A stretch of 64,000 nucleotides of DNA from Octopus bimaculoides. Lineage: Eukaryota. Each line of letters begins with the position of its first letter. Within the stretch, counting starts at the first letter, position 1. A model generated the notes under the pieces. It was not told the DNA's origin, made no database searches, and saw nothing but the letters and a program-made list of their open reading frames with translations. A program made the translations under genes and the position numbers. This document shows positions 12,311 to 25,348 of this stretch, piece after piece. The DNA lies in contig NC_068991.1 in NCBI RefSeq assembly GCF_001194135.2, forward strand, positions 72,460,466 to 72,524,465, read 5' to 3'.

Positions 12311-13092
12311 AGAGGGCATCTTTCAAGTGTTGCCAAGAACCATGAAAAGAATTCAGTTCGTTCACATTAATTTTTCCATTTTTTTTTTATTATTGGAACA
12401 GAGGAGGAATGCAACAATGTCTAAATTACATAAATAAGTTTTGCATTATCTTTTGTGTTTGCACAGTCATTTGATAATCAAATTTCATCAATACTCATAT
12501 TAATGAATGAAGCTTCTTTCATCCTGTCCTTGTTCTTGCAATTTCTTTTTCTCTCCAACACACGCAGAGCCATTCTCTGTCTCTCTTCCCCATGCACACA
12601 TACTGCTTTCTCTCTTTCTCACATGAACACACACAGGAGGAGGAGAAAAATGTATCCATAATTAATTGCTGTAAATTTATCCATTCATTACAATCTCAAC
12701 TATCAAAGTTTCTTTGTTGTATTGTAATCATTACAGATCATTGCTTTTTAACTTTTGTGAATTGTTAATATTACCATTACTTAATATTCCTCTGCATTAA
12801 TTACTTTTCAAAGTTATCCGCTATGTTTATTATATATTAACTAATAATGGTTCTGTTAAACAAATTAAAATTTTGCCAAGAAGAAAACATATTCATATAA
12901 ATTAAAGAATGAGGAATCGAAAATCTTTTGAGAAATCAATTTCTATTGTCATTCAATAATGCCTATTGATTAAATATTATTGATACTTATTCTTTTAAGA
13001 CTGAATCTATTTTTAATGAAAAAAAAAATATAATTTTATGTGGCTAAGAACAATTTAAAAGATAAACATTTTCTTCTTTTGTTATTTTATAG

Positions 13093-13127
13093 TTAGAAGA
13101 AATTCATCGGCATCCATGGGTAACAGC
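13093..13127 (+). CDS. BRSK2: BRSK/SAD kinase exon, 35 nt, phase 0-2, LEEIHRHPWVT(A), end of kinase domain
   Basis: Acceptor gttattttatag|TTA, donor GC|gtgagt. Continues RLT into LEEIHRHPWVT, the expected HPW end of an AMPK-family kinase domain. Confidence 0.9.
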
Positions 13128-13905
13128 GTGAGTAGATATATATATATATATTTATTTATTTATTTTTTCTGCTAATACTTATTAAAAAAGAAAATTACGT
13201 CTCTCCTTTTTTCAGTCAGTCATTTAAAATTAGCAAATTAAGTTCTGAGTTTACTACTCAGTTATCAGTATTCATACTTAGGTAAACTGTTTCAATCACA
13301 TTAAAAAATCAGGCTTGAAAGACACACATATATATATATATTACATAACAAAGTTTGGTCCCCCCCCACCTCTCACCAAAGGGTTAAATTATTATTTCCA
13401 GTCATTTTCAAATTTTAAGATATTTTCTTGCTTTCCTATTTTTAAAAAAAAATTTTCTTTTATTTCAATTCTTTTCTATTTTCTATTCCTTAAATAAACT
13501 CAAGATTTAACCATTTTTTTTTTCTGAGTTTGAGACGTTTTTTTTTCCTTTAAGAACATAATATTTTTTTCTTTTTGTTACTTTCAAAGAATTTTCAAGA
13601 GATTACTTTGATCCCTTCGTCTAAGTTCCCGTCTTCGATGTATTATTTTGATAAACATTTTAAAAGTGAATGCTACACTCAGTGGTTGTTAATACATAAA
13701 CTTATTTTTATAACAATTTAGTTATTTTGACCTGTGTTATCAAAATAATTACACAAAACTAAATATATATATAGGTGAAAAAAAATTGAACGTAGATTCA
13801 TCCTTTAATTTGGAGGTTTCCAAAAAAGATTTCTAATGTTGATTCTTCATATTTTAGTGGTAGTTGTACAGGTGTAAATTTGCAAAGATATGAAAGTAAT
13901 ACTTG

Positions 13906-14066
13906 TATATGATGTGTGGTGAATTTATAGAAAGATGTCCCATAAAACTCATCAATTTAGTTAAAAATAGAGAAGATAAGTTGTTCAACAGTTTGTCTTC
14001 TTCATTTTTAACTAAATTGATGATCTTTATGGGACTCCTTTCCATAAATTCATCACACATCATATA
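13906..14066. repeat. 161-bp near-perfect palindrome centred on 13986
   Basis: 80-bp arms with 69 Watson-Crick positions; the ORF track gives near-identical peptides on both strands here. Confidence 0.95.
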
Positions 14067-14624
14067 TATATATATATATACAATTCGTTACATAGATCAA
14101 GGTTATGTTATAATGAACCATACACACTTTTCAAAATCAGATTAGTATATTTCATGGGGCAAATGTTATGAAGTTAAAATTACATTTTAACAAAAAGAAC
14201 TACACCATTTTGCAAGTTTTATTCAATATGTTATTTTTTTATTTTCATTTTAGTTTCTTACGCAAGAAATGAAATTATGTTCAAACAAGTCTTATTTATT
14301 ATGTTTTTTGTTCATGTATCTATAATTTTGAAGATTAAGTTCAATAGCTTAATTGCATTCTTGCAGTTTTATTTATGCTGTCTGCATACTGAAATAAGAA
14401 TTTACTGCAATTATTGTCATTTAGGACAATCAGATATAGGCTGATATTTATCTGGAACCAACTACACATATACAGATACACTACCAACTTTCTGGCTGGA
14501 TTATCCAGTTTGATAGATTAAGAAGGTTACATATTAGTAATTTTGACTCAACTTCTAGAAGACTGATGCCACACTATTATATTTTTGTTTTTGCTACTAA
14601 ATCTTCACGACACACCTTTGTTTA

Positions 14625-14830
14625 TTCTCTAGAAACATGATATAAAGTTGGAAGCATCCTTCCAAACCTTCAACTGTAATAATATGAAGGCAGAAAATAT
14701 TTCAAACAAAGCCTAAAGCTATGCACTAACTTCCTAACCATTAAGCTTCACCAGACTCTCTCTAGAAACACAACTGTGAAGGGCATATATTTATTTTTCC
14801 CCTCTTTCATGCTGAGATACTCCATTCTCT
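14625..14830 (+). repeat. Unclassified old dispersed repeat, second copy at ~57545-57770
   Basis: tagaaacatga...aagttggaa(g/a)catcctt(c/t)caaac and later blocks shared. Confidence 0.5.
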
Positions 14831-15330
14831 GCAGTGAAAGTAAGTTATCTATTATTAACTTGCTCTTCATTGAGGGAGGGTCCTTAGGGAGTTAGCACAT
14901 GGTGTTAGATTTAGTTTTAAATATTTGCATCGTTATATTATTACGGTGAGGTGTAGTGAAAGTATATTCCACTTTCATGATATGCTAACTAGGGAGTAAA
15001 TAAATGCATTGTCATGAAGGTTTGGTGGTGAAAAGGCTGTTGATATTAATTCTGGGAAATTTCATCTGGGCTTGCATAATTATATCCAGGATAAAAAGGA
15101 AACTAGATCATCACTTGCCAGAAATTTGGCAGTGTACTTGAATATGCATAAATACATATGCACATATCATCCATCCATGCATACATACATACATACATAT
15201 AGAAATATATGTGTGTGTCTGTTAAAAATATTGTATTTTTGGGTAATTTGTTGTAGATTTTTGATAATGAATTGAGAGAAGACTCAGAATATCCTAAGAC
15301 TAGTATCATTCTTCACACATCAATGTAATA

Positions 15331-15769
15331 TTGGTTTCAAATTTTGGCACAAGGCCATTAATTTCAAGGGAAAGGTGTGTAAGTCACTTACGTCAACCCT
15401 GATTCTCAACCGGTATTCATTTTTACTGGCCCTCGAAAGGATGGAAGGTAAAGTCGGTCTCAGCAGAGTTTGAACTGAGAACATGAAGATAGACAAAATC
15501 CTGCTAAGCATTTTGCCTGACATGCTAATGATTCTGCCAGCTTGCTGCCTTATGTCAATGCAAAAACGGTTTGGAATTTTAGCACAAGGTCAAAGATTAT
15601 GGGGTGGGGCTACATCAATTACATTGACCCCAGTGCACAACTGGTACTTATTTTATTGACCTCCGAAAGGACGAAAGGCAAAGTTGGTCTTGGCAGAATT
15701 TGAACCCAGAATGTAAGAACAGAAGCATTTTGCCCGGTGTGCTAATGATTCCGCCATCTCAATGCCCTT
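15331..15769 (-). mobile_element. Two tandem family-C SINEs (15331-15551 and 15569-15769)
   Basis: Two colinear reverse-complement copies, each with tail, body and head. Confidence 0.8.
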
Positions 15770-16003
15770 CATGTCAGTGTAAATTTAACAATTGTTTGAG
15801 GTTCCAGGGAGCAGCAGTTTTGCTATGGAACTATATTCTGTATAGAATGCAGACTGATTGACCAAACTTTGCCTAAGGCACAGTCTTCAGGGCCAGGTTC
15901 TCCCCAGAATTTTCAGATTAGAATTCAGTTAAGTGGAAACCATTCCGTCACCCCATTTTGACCTGCAGTATTTTTCTATTGGGGACAAACAATCACAACA
16001 ACA

Positions 16004-16121
16004 ACAACAACAACAACATCAGTAACAACAGTTGATTGAATGTTAAGTATGTTGGTTACTTAAATTTTCATGAGAAATAGATTTGAAATTATATATATAT
16101 ATTTCTCTCTTTCACTCTCTC

Positions 16122-16153
<32 letters not shown>

Positions 16154-16967
16154 NNNNNNNNNNNNNNNNNNNNNNNNNNNNNNNNNNNNNNNNNNNNNNN
16201 NNNNNNNNNNNNNNNNNNNNNNNNNNNNNNNNNNNNNNNNNNNNNNNNNNNNNNNNNNNNNNNNNNNNNNNNNNNNNNNNNNNNNNNNNNNNNNNNNNNN
16301 NNNNNNNNNNNNNNNNNNNNNNNNNNNNNNNNNNNNNNNNNNNNNNNNNNNNNNNNNNNNNNNNNNNNNNNNNNNNNNNNNNNNNNNNNNNNNNNNNNNN
16401 NNNNNNNNNNNNNNNNNNNNNNNNNNNNNNNNNNNNNNNNNNNNNNNNNNNNNNNNNNNNNNNNNNNNNNNNNNNNNNNNNNNNNNNNNNNNNNNNNNNN
16501 NNNNNNNNNNNNNNNNNNNNNNNNNNNNNNNNNNNNNNNNNNNNNNNNNNNNNNNNNNNNNNNNNNNNNNNNNNNNNNNNNNNNNNNNNNNNNNNNNNNN
16601 NNNNNNNNNNNNNNNNNNNNNNNNNNNNNNNNNNNNNNNNNNNNNNNNNNNNNNNNNNNNNNNNNNNNNNNNNNNNNNNNNNNNNNNNNNNNNNNNNNNN
16701 NNNNNNNNNNNNNNNNNNNNNNNNNNNNNNNNNNNNNNNNNNNNNNNNNNNNNNNNNNNNNNNNNNNNNNNNNNNNNNNNNNNNNNNNNNNNNNNNNNNN
16801 NNNNNNNNNNNNNNNNNNNNNNNNNNNNNNNNNNNNNNNNNNNNNNNNNNNNNNNNNNNNNNNNNACAACAACAACAACATCAGTAACAACAGTTGATTG
16901 AATGTTAAGTATGTTGGTTACTTAAATTTTCATGAGAAATAGATTTGAAATTATATATATATATTTC
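16004..16967 (+). repeat. Identical 102-nt direct repeat (16004-16105 and 16866-16967) flanking gap 16154-16865
   Basis: Sequence read on both sides of the gap, offset 862. Confidence 0.9.
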
Positions 16968-17585
16968 CAGTAGTGGACTGGCCAAGTTGCCAGCTTGTCT
17001 GATGGCATGTGGGCCACTGCACCGTTAGAACCCATATATGGGGGCTCATCCCCACAATAAACTACTTATTATAACAATCCAAATGTTCATCTGTTAGAGG
17101 AGTTGTGGCCCTTGTTGTCATGGCAAAATATATTACTTTGCATTTTCATCTCTCCAAGTTCATATTTACATTAGTGTGTATATGTGTGTGTGTGTGTATA
17201 TATATCTAATGTAGGGGTTTATATTCTAGGCGTGTTAGGTGAGCCCTGAAAAATTTGATAAATAGGATAGATTTTCTTTATGATAATTCTGTTGTTGCAA
17301 TATCATGATATAATCTGGTCAGAATTTGTTTTGAAATGCATGTCTACCTTACATTATAGGAATGATGCATTTCTGTGAATATTAATCTAAAGTGGAAGTT
17401 CATAATGTTAAAACCGATCTCCTTAATAATGTCCATGTAATATGGGTATCAATGGAAAAATAAGTTTTGTGGGATAGAATTTTTGTTATGGTAAAATTTT
17501 TAGGAGTACAATGCTTCTGTAATGTGGACGATGCCTGTGTAATAATACACACTTGGAAACAAAATATGAATCAAGATGAAGTTAT

Positions 17586-17625
<40 letters not shown>

Positions 17626-17635
17626 NNNNNNNNNN

Positions 17636-17672
<37 letters not shown>

Positions 17673-18076
17673 AGAAATAGACGAAAGTCTGTATACCTCT
17701 GCCTAAAGTCTGTATGCCTGTGTTTGAGTTATATGAATGTATGAATGTATGCTAAAACTACATGCGGCAAGAGTGTATAGCATTAAATTACAGGTACACA
17801 CTATGATTTGTAAACTTCACTGTACATGATCCTTCTGTACATGTCACTTCATCAGAAGTTTTATGAAAAGTTCTTAAATAAGGATTTAACACTCCTGACT
17901 TGTACACCTTATCTGTACTCTGTAATTATTAACAGCCAAGAAATATGTAGCTTTGAAATATCTGTGTAACATGTACTTTCTCCTTGGGTTTCTTTTTGAG
18001 AGTGTAATAGGACATGTGGAGTTTGAACTCTGTTATGTACTTTGAAAAAACACTCTATAAACGTTATACGTACATA

Positions 18077-18463
18077 CATGGCCTAGTGGTTATGGTGTTG
18101 CACTTATGGTCACAAGGTTATGGTTTCAATTCTCAGACCAGATGGTACATTGAGTTCTTGAGCAAAACACTTCATCTCATCAAGTTGAGCAAAATCGCAG
18201 ACATGGCGGATACTGGTTTCATGCAAATTGGCACTTGTGCCGGTGGCACGATAACACACTCCAGTGTCACGCAAATGGTACCCATGCTGGTGACATGTAA
18301 AAGCACCCATTACACTCTCAGAGCGGTTGGTGTTAGGAAGGGCATCCAGCCATAGAAACCAAGCCAAATTCAGACTGGAACCTGGTGCTGCCTCTCAGCG
18401 TGCCAGCCCAGTCGAACCGTTCAACCCATGCCAGCATGAATAATGGATGTTAAATGATGATGA
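18077..18463 (+). mobile_element. tRNA-headed SINE (family E head) joined to family-B RTE-type body
   Basis: A-box tggcctagtggtt, cttgagcaaaacactt segment, then family-B body and (GAT)n tail. Confidence 0.7.
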
Positions 18464-19641
18464 GTCTGGTCGATACAGTGGTGTGTGTGTGTGTGTGTGT
18501 TTGCATATATATGCATATATCATTTTATAATTGTCAAATGTCCAATGTCCACATGAAAACATTATAGATATATATATTAGATTATTTTTTAAATAGAATT
18601 TATAGCATTTTAAAATATTATATTTGTAGGATAAGATTGAAAAACTGGAAAACTTCTTATTTCTCACATTTAAATAATAAATACTAGAAGAAAATGGCTG
18701 TTTTTAACTATTTCTATAACAATTGCAAACACACAAAATAATAAATAGAAATGTCTTACTTTGTTGTCAACTCATATCTTCACCTTGCATGTTGTGAAAC
18801 GTAACTGTTTAGAATTTCAGCCAGTCAAACTTGCCTCATTTTAATTTCATGCTTGACAGGTGAAGAAAAAAAAAAAAAAAAGGAAAAAGAGAAAAAAAAA
18901 TTTATAAAAAAAATTAGTGAGTTGTTTGATGGAAAAGTGATTTTAATTCTTTTTATGTTTTTCACAAGTCAGTAAATGTCATAATTTGTAACCAAGTGCT
19001 ACAAAAGTACATCTCTCCTGGGGAGGAAAAAACAAGAAAATAAATCAAAATTTTACTTTTATATCAATTCCAAGCTAAATAATAAAGATGAATAAAATCT
19101 AGTTTATAACCAAAAAATTCACAACATCTATTTGTTTCTAAAGTATTTAAATGGTTCAAATTTTATTAGTATGTTTTATAGATTTAGTAAAATTTTTTTA
19201 ATAAATTTAGTAGTTTTATGTTTTCATTGTTATTGTATTTTCTCTGAACTGAAAAGTTTTAAACTAGGAAATTCTAGGAAAGTTCTACCTCATCTTGTGA
19301 AAGTAACATGTAATGGTAACCAACATCTATCTTCCTCCAAGTATTTTCTGATAATGCTTTATACTATTAGAGAAATTATGCCAGCAAAATGGTGGTGCCC
19401 CAGCATGACCACAGCCTTTGGGCTGGAACACATAAAGAAATAGAGGAATGATTTTATTTGTTATGTCTTGTAGAACACAAGGTTGGGAAAATAATATCTT
19501 GAGCAGAGTTTTTCATAGGAAGGTAGACCACCCTAAGGGAAGGCCCCTAAGGATTGAAAAGGAAGCAGCTAAATTGCTGTTTAGACATTGTAGTGAATTT
19601 CATTAACTTGGAGGTTTTTGTATTATATTATTTTCTATTAA

Positions 19642-19862
19642 CCCCTTAGCATTTAAATCAACCCTATCTGGCCCAAATAGTCTACCTGTTTTATGCTCAA
19701 ACTGGTCAGATCTTTACCCTTCATATTTACTCTACAATGTCATTCTAAAAATAAATGATCACATCGTTGAAGTCTCAAGGCTATGGAATAATGCATGCTA
19801 AATTCAAAACGATGTGAATAAATAAGCGTTACATTTAATGGAGTAACTTGAATGCTAAAGGG
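19642..19862. mobile_element. piggyBac-type MITE family 1, opposite orientation to 9483
   Basis: TTAA|CCCCTTAGCATT...AATGCTAAAGGG|TTAA; interior homologous to the reverse complement of 9483-9702. Confidence 0.85.
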
Positions 19863-21216
19863 TTAAACCACATTTTTGGTTTGAAACTTAGTCACTCGTT
19901 TCTCCTTCACTGATTTTTAGCTTTCAGTTTTCTTGAAATTGTTGTTTAGCAAATTTCATATTCCATTTTTTTATCAGAAAACGGTGACCTCTGTTTAGCA
20001 CTGAATGGTTTATATTGAATTGGTCATCATTAAATTTTGTTTGAATATTAGAAATTGACTTATTTAGAAGCCGAGAAATAAATATTTCTGGTGACCATTT
20101 TATGCATAATCTAAGTGCCTGATTTTGAATTGTTTTACACTGTCATTGACTCTGCAAAATATACTTAAGTACTCCAAGCTTATATGTAAACAACTCTCAA
20201 GTATATCCTTGAATGGACAGCTTTTCACAGAAAAGTGTCCTAGTATTGTTTCTCATACAGAATAACAAATAGCATTACAGGCAATCACTGATTTTGAACT
20301 TCAGTTTTCTTTGTTTAGTAGATTTCATGTACTGTGTTTGATGGTATGTAAGATGCAAATATTTTTTTTTGTTTGTTTCCAAAAGTATATCTCAAAATGC
20401 CAGCCCCACAATACTATATGCAAAGTTGAGCCTGTATTATATACTTTAATGCATTAAAAACTTTCTTCCGCTGACATTGGGGTACCTCAAATACATCCAT
20501 TCATTTTTATGCCATCTAATAAACAGATGGTGACCTCTGTCATCGAACAGTTTATATCGAATTAGTAGTCACTAAATTCTGTTTAAACATTACAAGTTGA
20601 CTTATGTAGAGGCTAATATGTATCTCTGTTGACTGTATAACACTGGTTAAAGCTTTTTTTTACATTAGGCAGACCATAGAAATTCTTTCAAAGGATTTTG
20701 TATCAACTGACTGAGCTGGTCAATTGCTACCACTACACTTCTTCATTACATTTGATATTGTCCCTGGTTGAGTATCTCCACTTTCTACATTCCTTGGTGT
20801 TTTAGAAGTCATTCATTGTTGTCACTGCATTTGTTCTAGGTGGAATATAGTCGGCAGTAAGTATCACAGAAGAAACCTCGCAAGGTAAATAGAAAGGGCA
20901 AACTTAACGAACTAACATTCCAGGTGTGGGCTGCATGGTTTTGAATATGGTTTCTGTTTTCATTAATCTAATGTTACTGAAAAATCAATCACTGCAATTA
21001 ACTTTCCATCGAGCTCTCCAGAATGGTCTAAGTGACAGACAGGAATGCCATGAGAGTGGGGAGTGAGGGGTGCTTATATTACTGAGTCAGGCATGTTTGT
21101 GTTGCAACAATCTCATAAATTCTCTTAAGATAATTACGAAGCTGTAAACTTTTTTGTTTGTTTCTGGTGAACAAACACTTATTAATGGGATTCCACAGTA
21201 TTCATCATCATACATA

Positions 21217-21381
21217 GGCGTAGAAGTGACTGTGTGGTAAGTAGCTTGCTTACCAACCACATGGTTCCGGGTTCAGTCCCACTGCGTGGCACCTTGGGCA
21301 AGTGTCTTCTACTATAGCCTCAGGCCGACCAAAGCCTTGTGAGTGGATTTGGTAGATGGAAACTGAAAGAAGCCCGTCGTA

Positions 21382-21460
<79 letters not shown>

Positions 21461-21673
21461 TTGTGTGTCTGTGTTTGTTCCCCCCCCCACATCGCTTGAC
21501 AACCGATGTTGGTGTGTTTCCATCCCCGTAACTTAGCAGTTTGGCAAAAAGAGACCGATAGAATAAGTACTAGGCTTACAAAGAATAAGTCCTGGGGTCG
21601 ATTTGCTCGACTAAAGGCGGTGCTCCAGCATGGCCACAAGTCAAATGACTGAAACAAGTAAAAGAGTAAAGAG
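21217..21673 (+). mobile_element. SINE family A, full length: tRNA-like head, CORE-like segment, central (TA)n/(TG)n, tail ending (AAAGAGT)n
   Basis: A-box-like tgactgtgtggtaag, B-box-like ggttcagtccc, CORE-like ggcaccttgggcaagtg; many homologues in the window. Confidence 0.85.
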
Positions 21674-22027
21674 TATATATGTATGTATGTATGTATGTGT
21701 GTATGTATGTACATACATGCACTCATTTATCTCTTTAATCATTAACTTTCACAGGGAAACTGTTCACAGTGACTTTGAAGTTCCAGTTTGTTTATCTTTA
21801 CAGTCTGATGAAGGTGAACAAGCTGAAACTTCAGCCATTTCCTCGTCAAAGTTAATAGACATGTTTTCTACTGAAAGTATTGAATAATCCATCAGGTTAA
21901 TGCGAAATTGGTTTTATACATAACTTGACATAAAAAAGAAAACAAATGTTAATACACACACATGTGTGAATGTGTTTGTGTGTATATACACAGACATGTA
22001 TGTACACACACACGCACACACATATGA

Positions 22028-22279
22028 AAGGGCATCCGGCCATAGAAACCATCCCAAAGCAGACAGTGGAGCTTGGTGCAGTCTTGTGACTTGACATTTC
22101 CTGTCAAACTATCCTACCCATGCCAGCATGGAGAATGGAAATATGATGATGATGATAATGTCGATGATGATGATGATGACTGGAATTTGGTGCAGCTTAC
22201 CAGCCCTGGTCAAACCGTCCAACCATGCCAGCATGGACAACAGGTGTTAAATGATGATGATGGTATATATATATATGCA

Positions 22280-22330
<51 letters not shown>

Positions 22331-22560
22331 ACACCATTTGAGCATTGCCAGTACCACCGGACTGGCCCTCGTGCCAGTGGCATGTAAAAAGCACCCACTA
22401 CACTCTCGGAGTGGTTGGCGTTAGGAAGGGCATCCAGCTGTAGAAACTCTGCCAGATCAGATTGGGGTCTGGTGTAGCCATCTGGTTCGCCAGTCCCCAG
22501 TCAAATCGTCCAACCCATGCTAGCATGGAAGGTGGACGTTAAATGATGATGATGACGATG

Positions 22561-22562
<2 letters not shown>
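22028..22562 (+). mobile_element. Three stacked RTE-tailed SINE (family B) fragments separated by (GAT)n/(TA)n
   Basis: Three occurrences of ccatgc(c/t)agcatgga... followed by (GAT)n; the last includes aaaagcacccactacactctcggagtggttggcgttaggaagggcatccagc. Confidence 0.75.
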
Positions 22563-22592
<30 letters not shown>

Positions 22593-22801
22593 GAATGAAT
22601 ACATATGATACACACACTGGAATGGTTGCGTGTATGGCCCATTGCTCATGTGGCCATTGACTCTCATTCATTTAATATCTCACATAGTCTAGCAGTGATA
22701 TATAACTTGCTGAATAGATTAATATTAATTTCTACATACAAATACGAGATGGAAGAAGTTGGGGAGGAACAAATCAAAAAAGAGAGAGAGAGAGAAAGAG
22801 G

Positions 22802-22837
<36 letters not shown>

Positions 22838-24550
22838 AAGAATGAGTGACAGATAGTGCATATCTTATAACACAGGGACTTTTCAAATACATATAATAAT
22901 GAAATATTTATATCAATCATAAGGGCACAACAAATGTACCTGCCTGCTAGAAATAACAGTTGTGCCTTTATGATTGATACAAATTTCAATGCTGTTTTAG
23001 GCCTGCAACCACTTATATTATTGTTGTTGTTGTTATCAACTATTTATATTATCCTTGATAATAATAACAATCATAATATCTATATAAATATTCACTCTTG
23101 AATATTTGCTCCTTATAATAATGAAATAAATAGATTTATTCTTCTACTTAGCGTTTCTCTCTTCTGCATGTTTCTCAGTTGGTGTTGTATAAAGTCTAAC
23201 ATTTCTATCCTATCTTATACAGTGTCACTAACGTCAAGTTTGTTCAAGATGTTTCTGTGATTGAAGACTTACTAATTGAATGAGATATTTTTTGCGGTGT
23301 TTGTTTCCTCCTTTCTGTGTGGTCTCTATTCATTTCTTCCTTAACACAGTGCATCTCTATGCCTCTAGCACTAGAGGGGCTGTTTCTGAAATGAGCAGGG
23401 TTTCCCTCCATGGGATGGGAAATGTATTGGAACAGCCGTTGATTTACCTTGATGGTAGGGGGGTAATTTTACCAATAAAGGTCTACTCACACACTAGCTA
23501 CATTTCATTTCTTTTTTTATTATCATTAGCCAAGTAGTTTATTAATTAGTTAATCAGTTGCTTAGTTAATTAGTTAACCAGTTGACTTATAATAATAAAA
23601 TGTGAAATAAAATATAACCAGTGTGTGTATTAGAAGTAGCAAAATGATCCACCAAAAGAACGTTGATGTTTCAAAGTGATGATTAGAAAACTTATCACAT
23701 TAATAATGGAGTCAGGTTTCCTCAGATAGATTTGTTGTGTGTTTGTTTGTTTGTGTACACAAAGCAAATAAAATCAGCATGGCCAAATGGTTTGAAAGTT
23801 TGCTTTGTAACCACAAAGTTCCCAGGTTCAATCCCTTTGCATGTTATCTTTGGAGAAATGTCTTTTACCAAGCCTTCCAAGTCAATTTGGGTTGATGGAA
23901 ACTGCATGGAAGCCTATGTGTCGTCCCTATAATTTAATGATACAGCCTTGTCACATGCATTACACCATACTGATTCTAATTGGAGATTATGCTAAAGGCA
24001 CTCATGTCTATGGAATACTCAGCCACTTATATACTAATTCAAGGAACAAGTGAATCCCATCACTGAAACTTACAGAGATTCCACTCCTATGCCTAATTAT
24101 TTTCATTTTAAATTCCAAATCAAGTGATTTCTCTGTTTTTTGCTTGGTGAATTGGTAGATGGAACAATTTTCACGATGTCTTTGATTGTGGTTGTCAAAC
24201 TGTGGAAGCTAAGGGAAATTCCTACAGTCTGAGTTTTGAAGTATCACTGATGCCAGTAAAACATGCAGTACTATAATTAAGGGTCACTGGCTCCCATACT
24301 GCATGCAGAAAAACCCTGGGTAGAACATGGGAAAATTTGTTTTCTTTTACCACATATAATTGTCATTGGCTGGTTGTATCAAAAGACGGTCATAAGTCAA
24401 AGAATGCCTATTCCTTATAAGGGAGTGTATCTCAACTCTTTCTTTTAATTTTTCTTGTTCGGTGTCCCACTTTGATTTTCAGAAGGAAAAAAAAAAATAA
24501 ATAAAAAGAATCCACCCAACTTTGCATAGACAAAGTTTGTATGTTGCGTA

Positions 24551-25030
24551 TCACCATCATTTTGATGTCCACTTTCCTATGCTTGCATGGGTCAGTCCAA
24601 GTTTATCGAGACAGATTTTCTACAACCAGAAGCCCTCCCTTTTGCCATCTCTCACCTGTTTTCAAGCAAGGTAATATTTCTCCATGGCCAGACATGTTTC
24701 TGCAGAGTATTAGAAATGAACGACACTGCTTGTATGACAGTGATACTCATTTACGGCTATCATGCAGGGAGACTCAAACATACACACCCATTTGCACATA
24801 GCTACATATACGTATGTATATATATATGTATGCATGCATGTATGTGCACACACACACACACACACACACACGATGATCTGTCAGTGTCCGTCTACCAATT
24901 CCACTCACAAGGCTTTGGTTGGCTTGAGGGCTATAGTAGAAGACACTTGCCCAAGGTGCCATGCAGTGGGACTGAACCCGGGACCATGTTGTTGGTAAGA
25001 AAACTTCTGAACTGCTCAGCCACACCTGCA
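24551..25030 (-). mobile_element. SINE A' variant: family-A head, central microsatellite, different RTE-type 3' half
   Basis: Head matches family A. The 3' half carries the reverse complement of a gaagggcatcc/gtagaaaatctg-type module and a catg...(GAT)n tail; also seen at 29761-30000 and 44843-45050 (minus) and 46072-46419 (plus). Confidence 0.7.
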
Positions 25031-25143
25031 CATAAAATTGAGAACTTTTAATTAAAACTTTATTTCAAGTTTTGTTCACTTGTTACTTACTTATTTTCAA
25101 CCTTTTGCCAAAAAAAAAAAAGAAAAAAAGAAAACAAAAGTTG

Positions 25144-25315
25144 AGGTGAAGGAGTGGCTGTGTGGTAAGTAGCTTGCTTACCAACCACATGCTTCCGGGT
25201 TCAGTCCCACTGCATGGCATCTTGGGCAAGTGTCTTCTACTATAGCCTCGGGCCGACCAAAGCCTTGTCAATGGATTTGGTAGACAGAAACTGAAAGAAG
25301 CCCATCGTATATATG

Positions 25316-25348
<33 letters not shown>

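Noticed and set aside
21217-21300. SINE heads as tRNA genes
   Set aside because: They have A/B-box-like motifs but no cloverleaf, and continue into multi-copy SINE bodies.
21804-21840. CTGATGA-AGGTGAACAAGCT-GAAAC hammerhead-like spacing, also an acceptor-led ORF (SDEGEQAETS...)
   Set aside because: Stem III and stem I do not pair. As an exon, the phase-2 frame stops after 16 codons and there is no symmetric donor.
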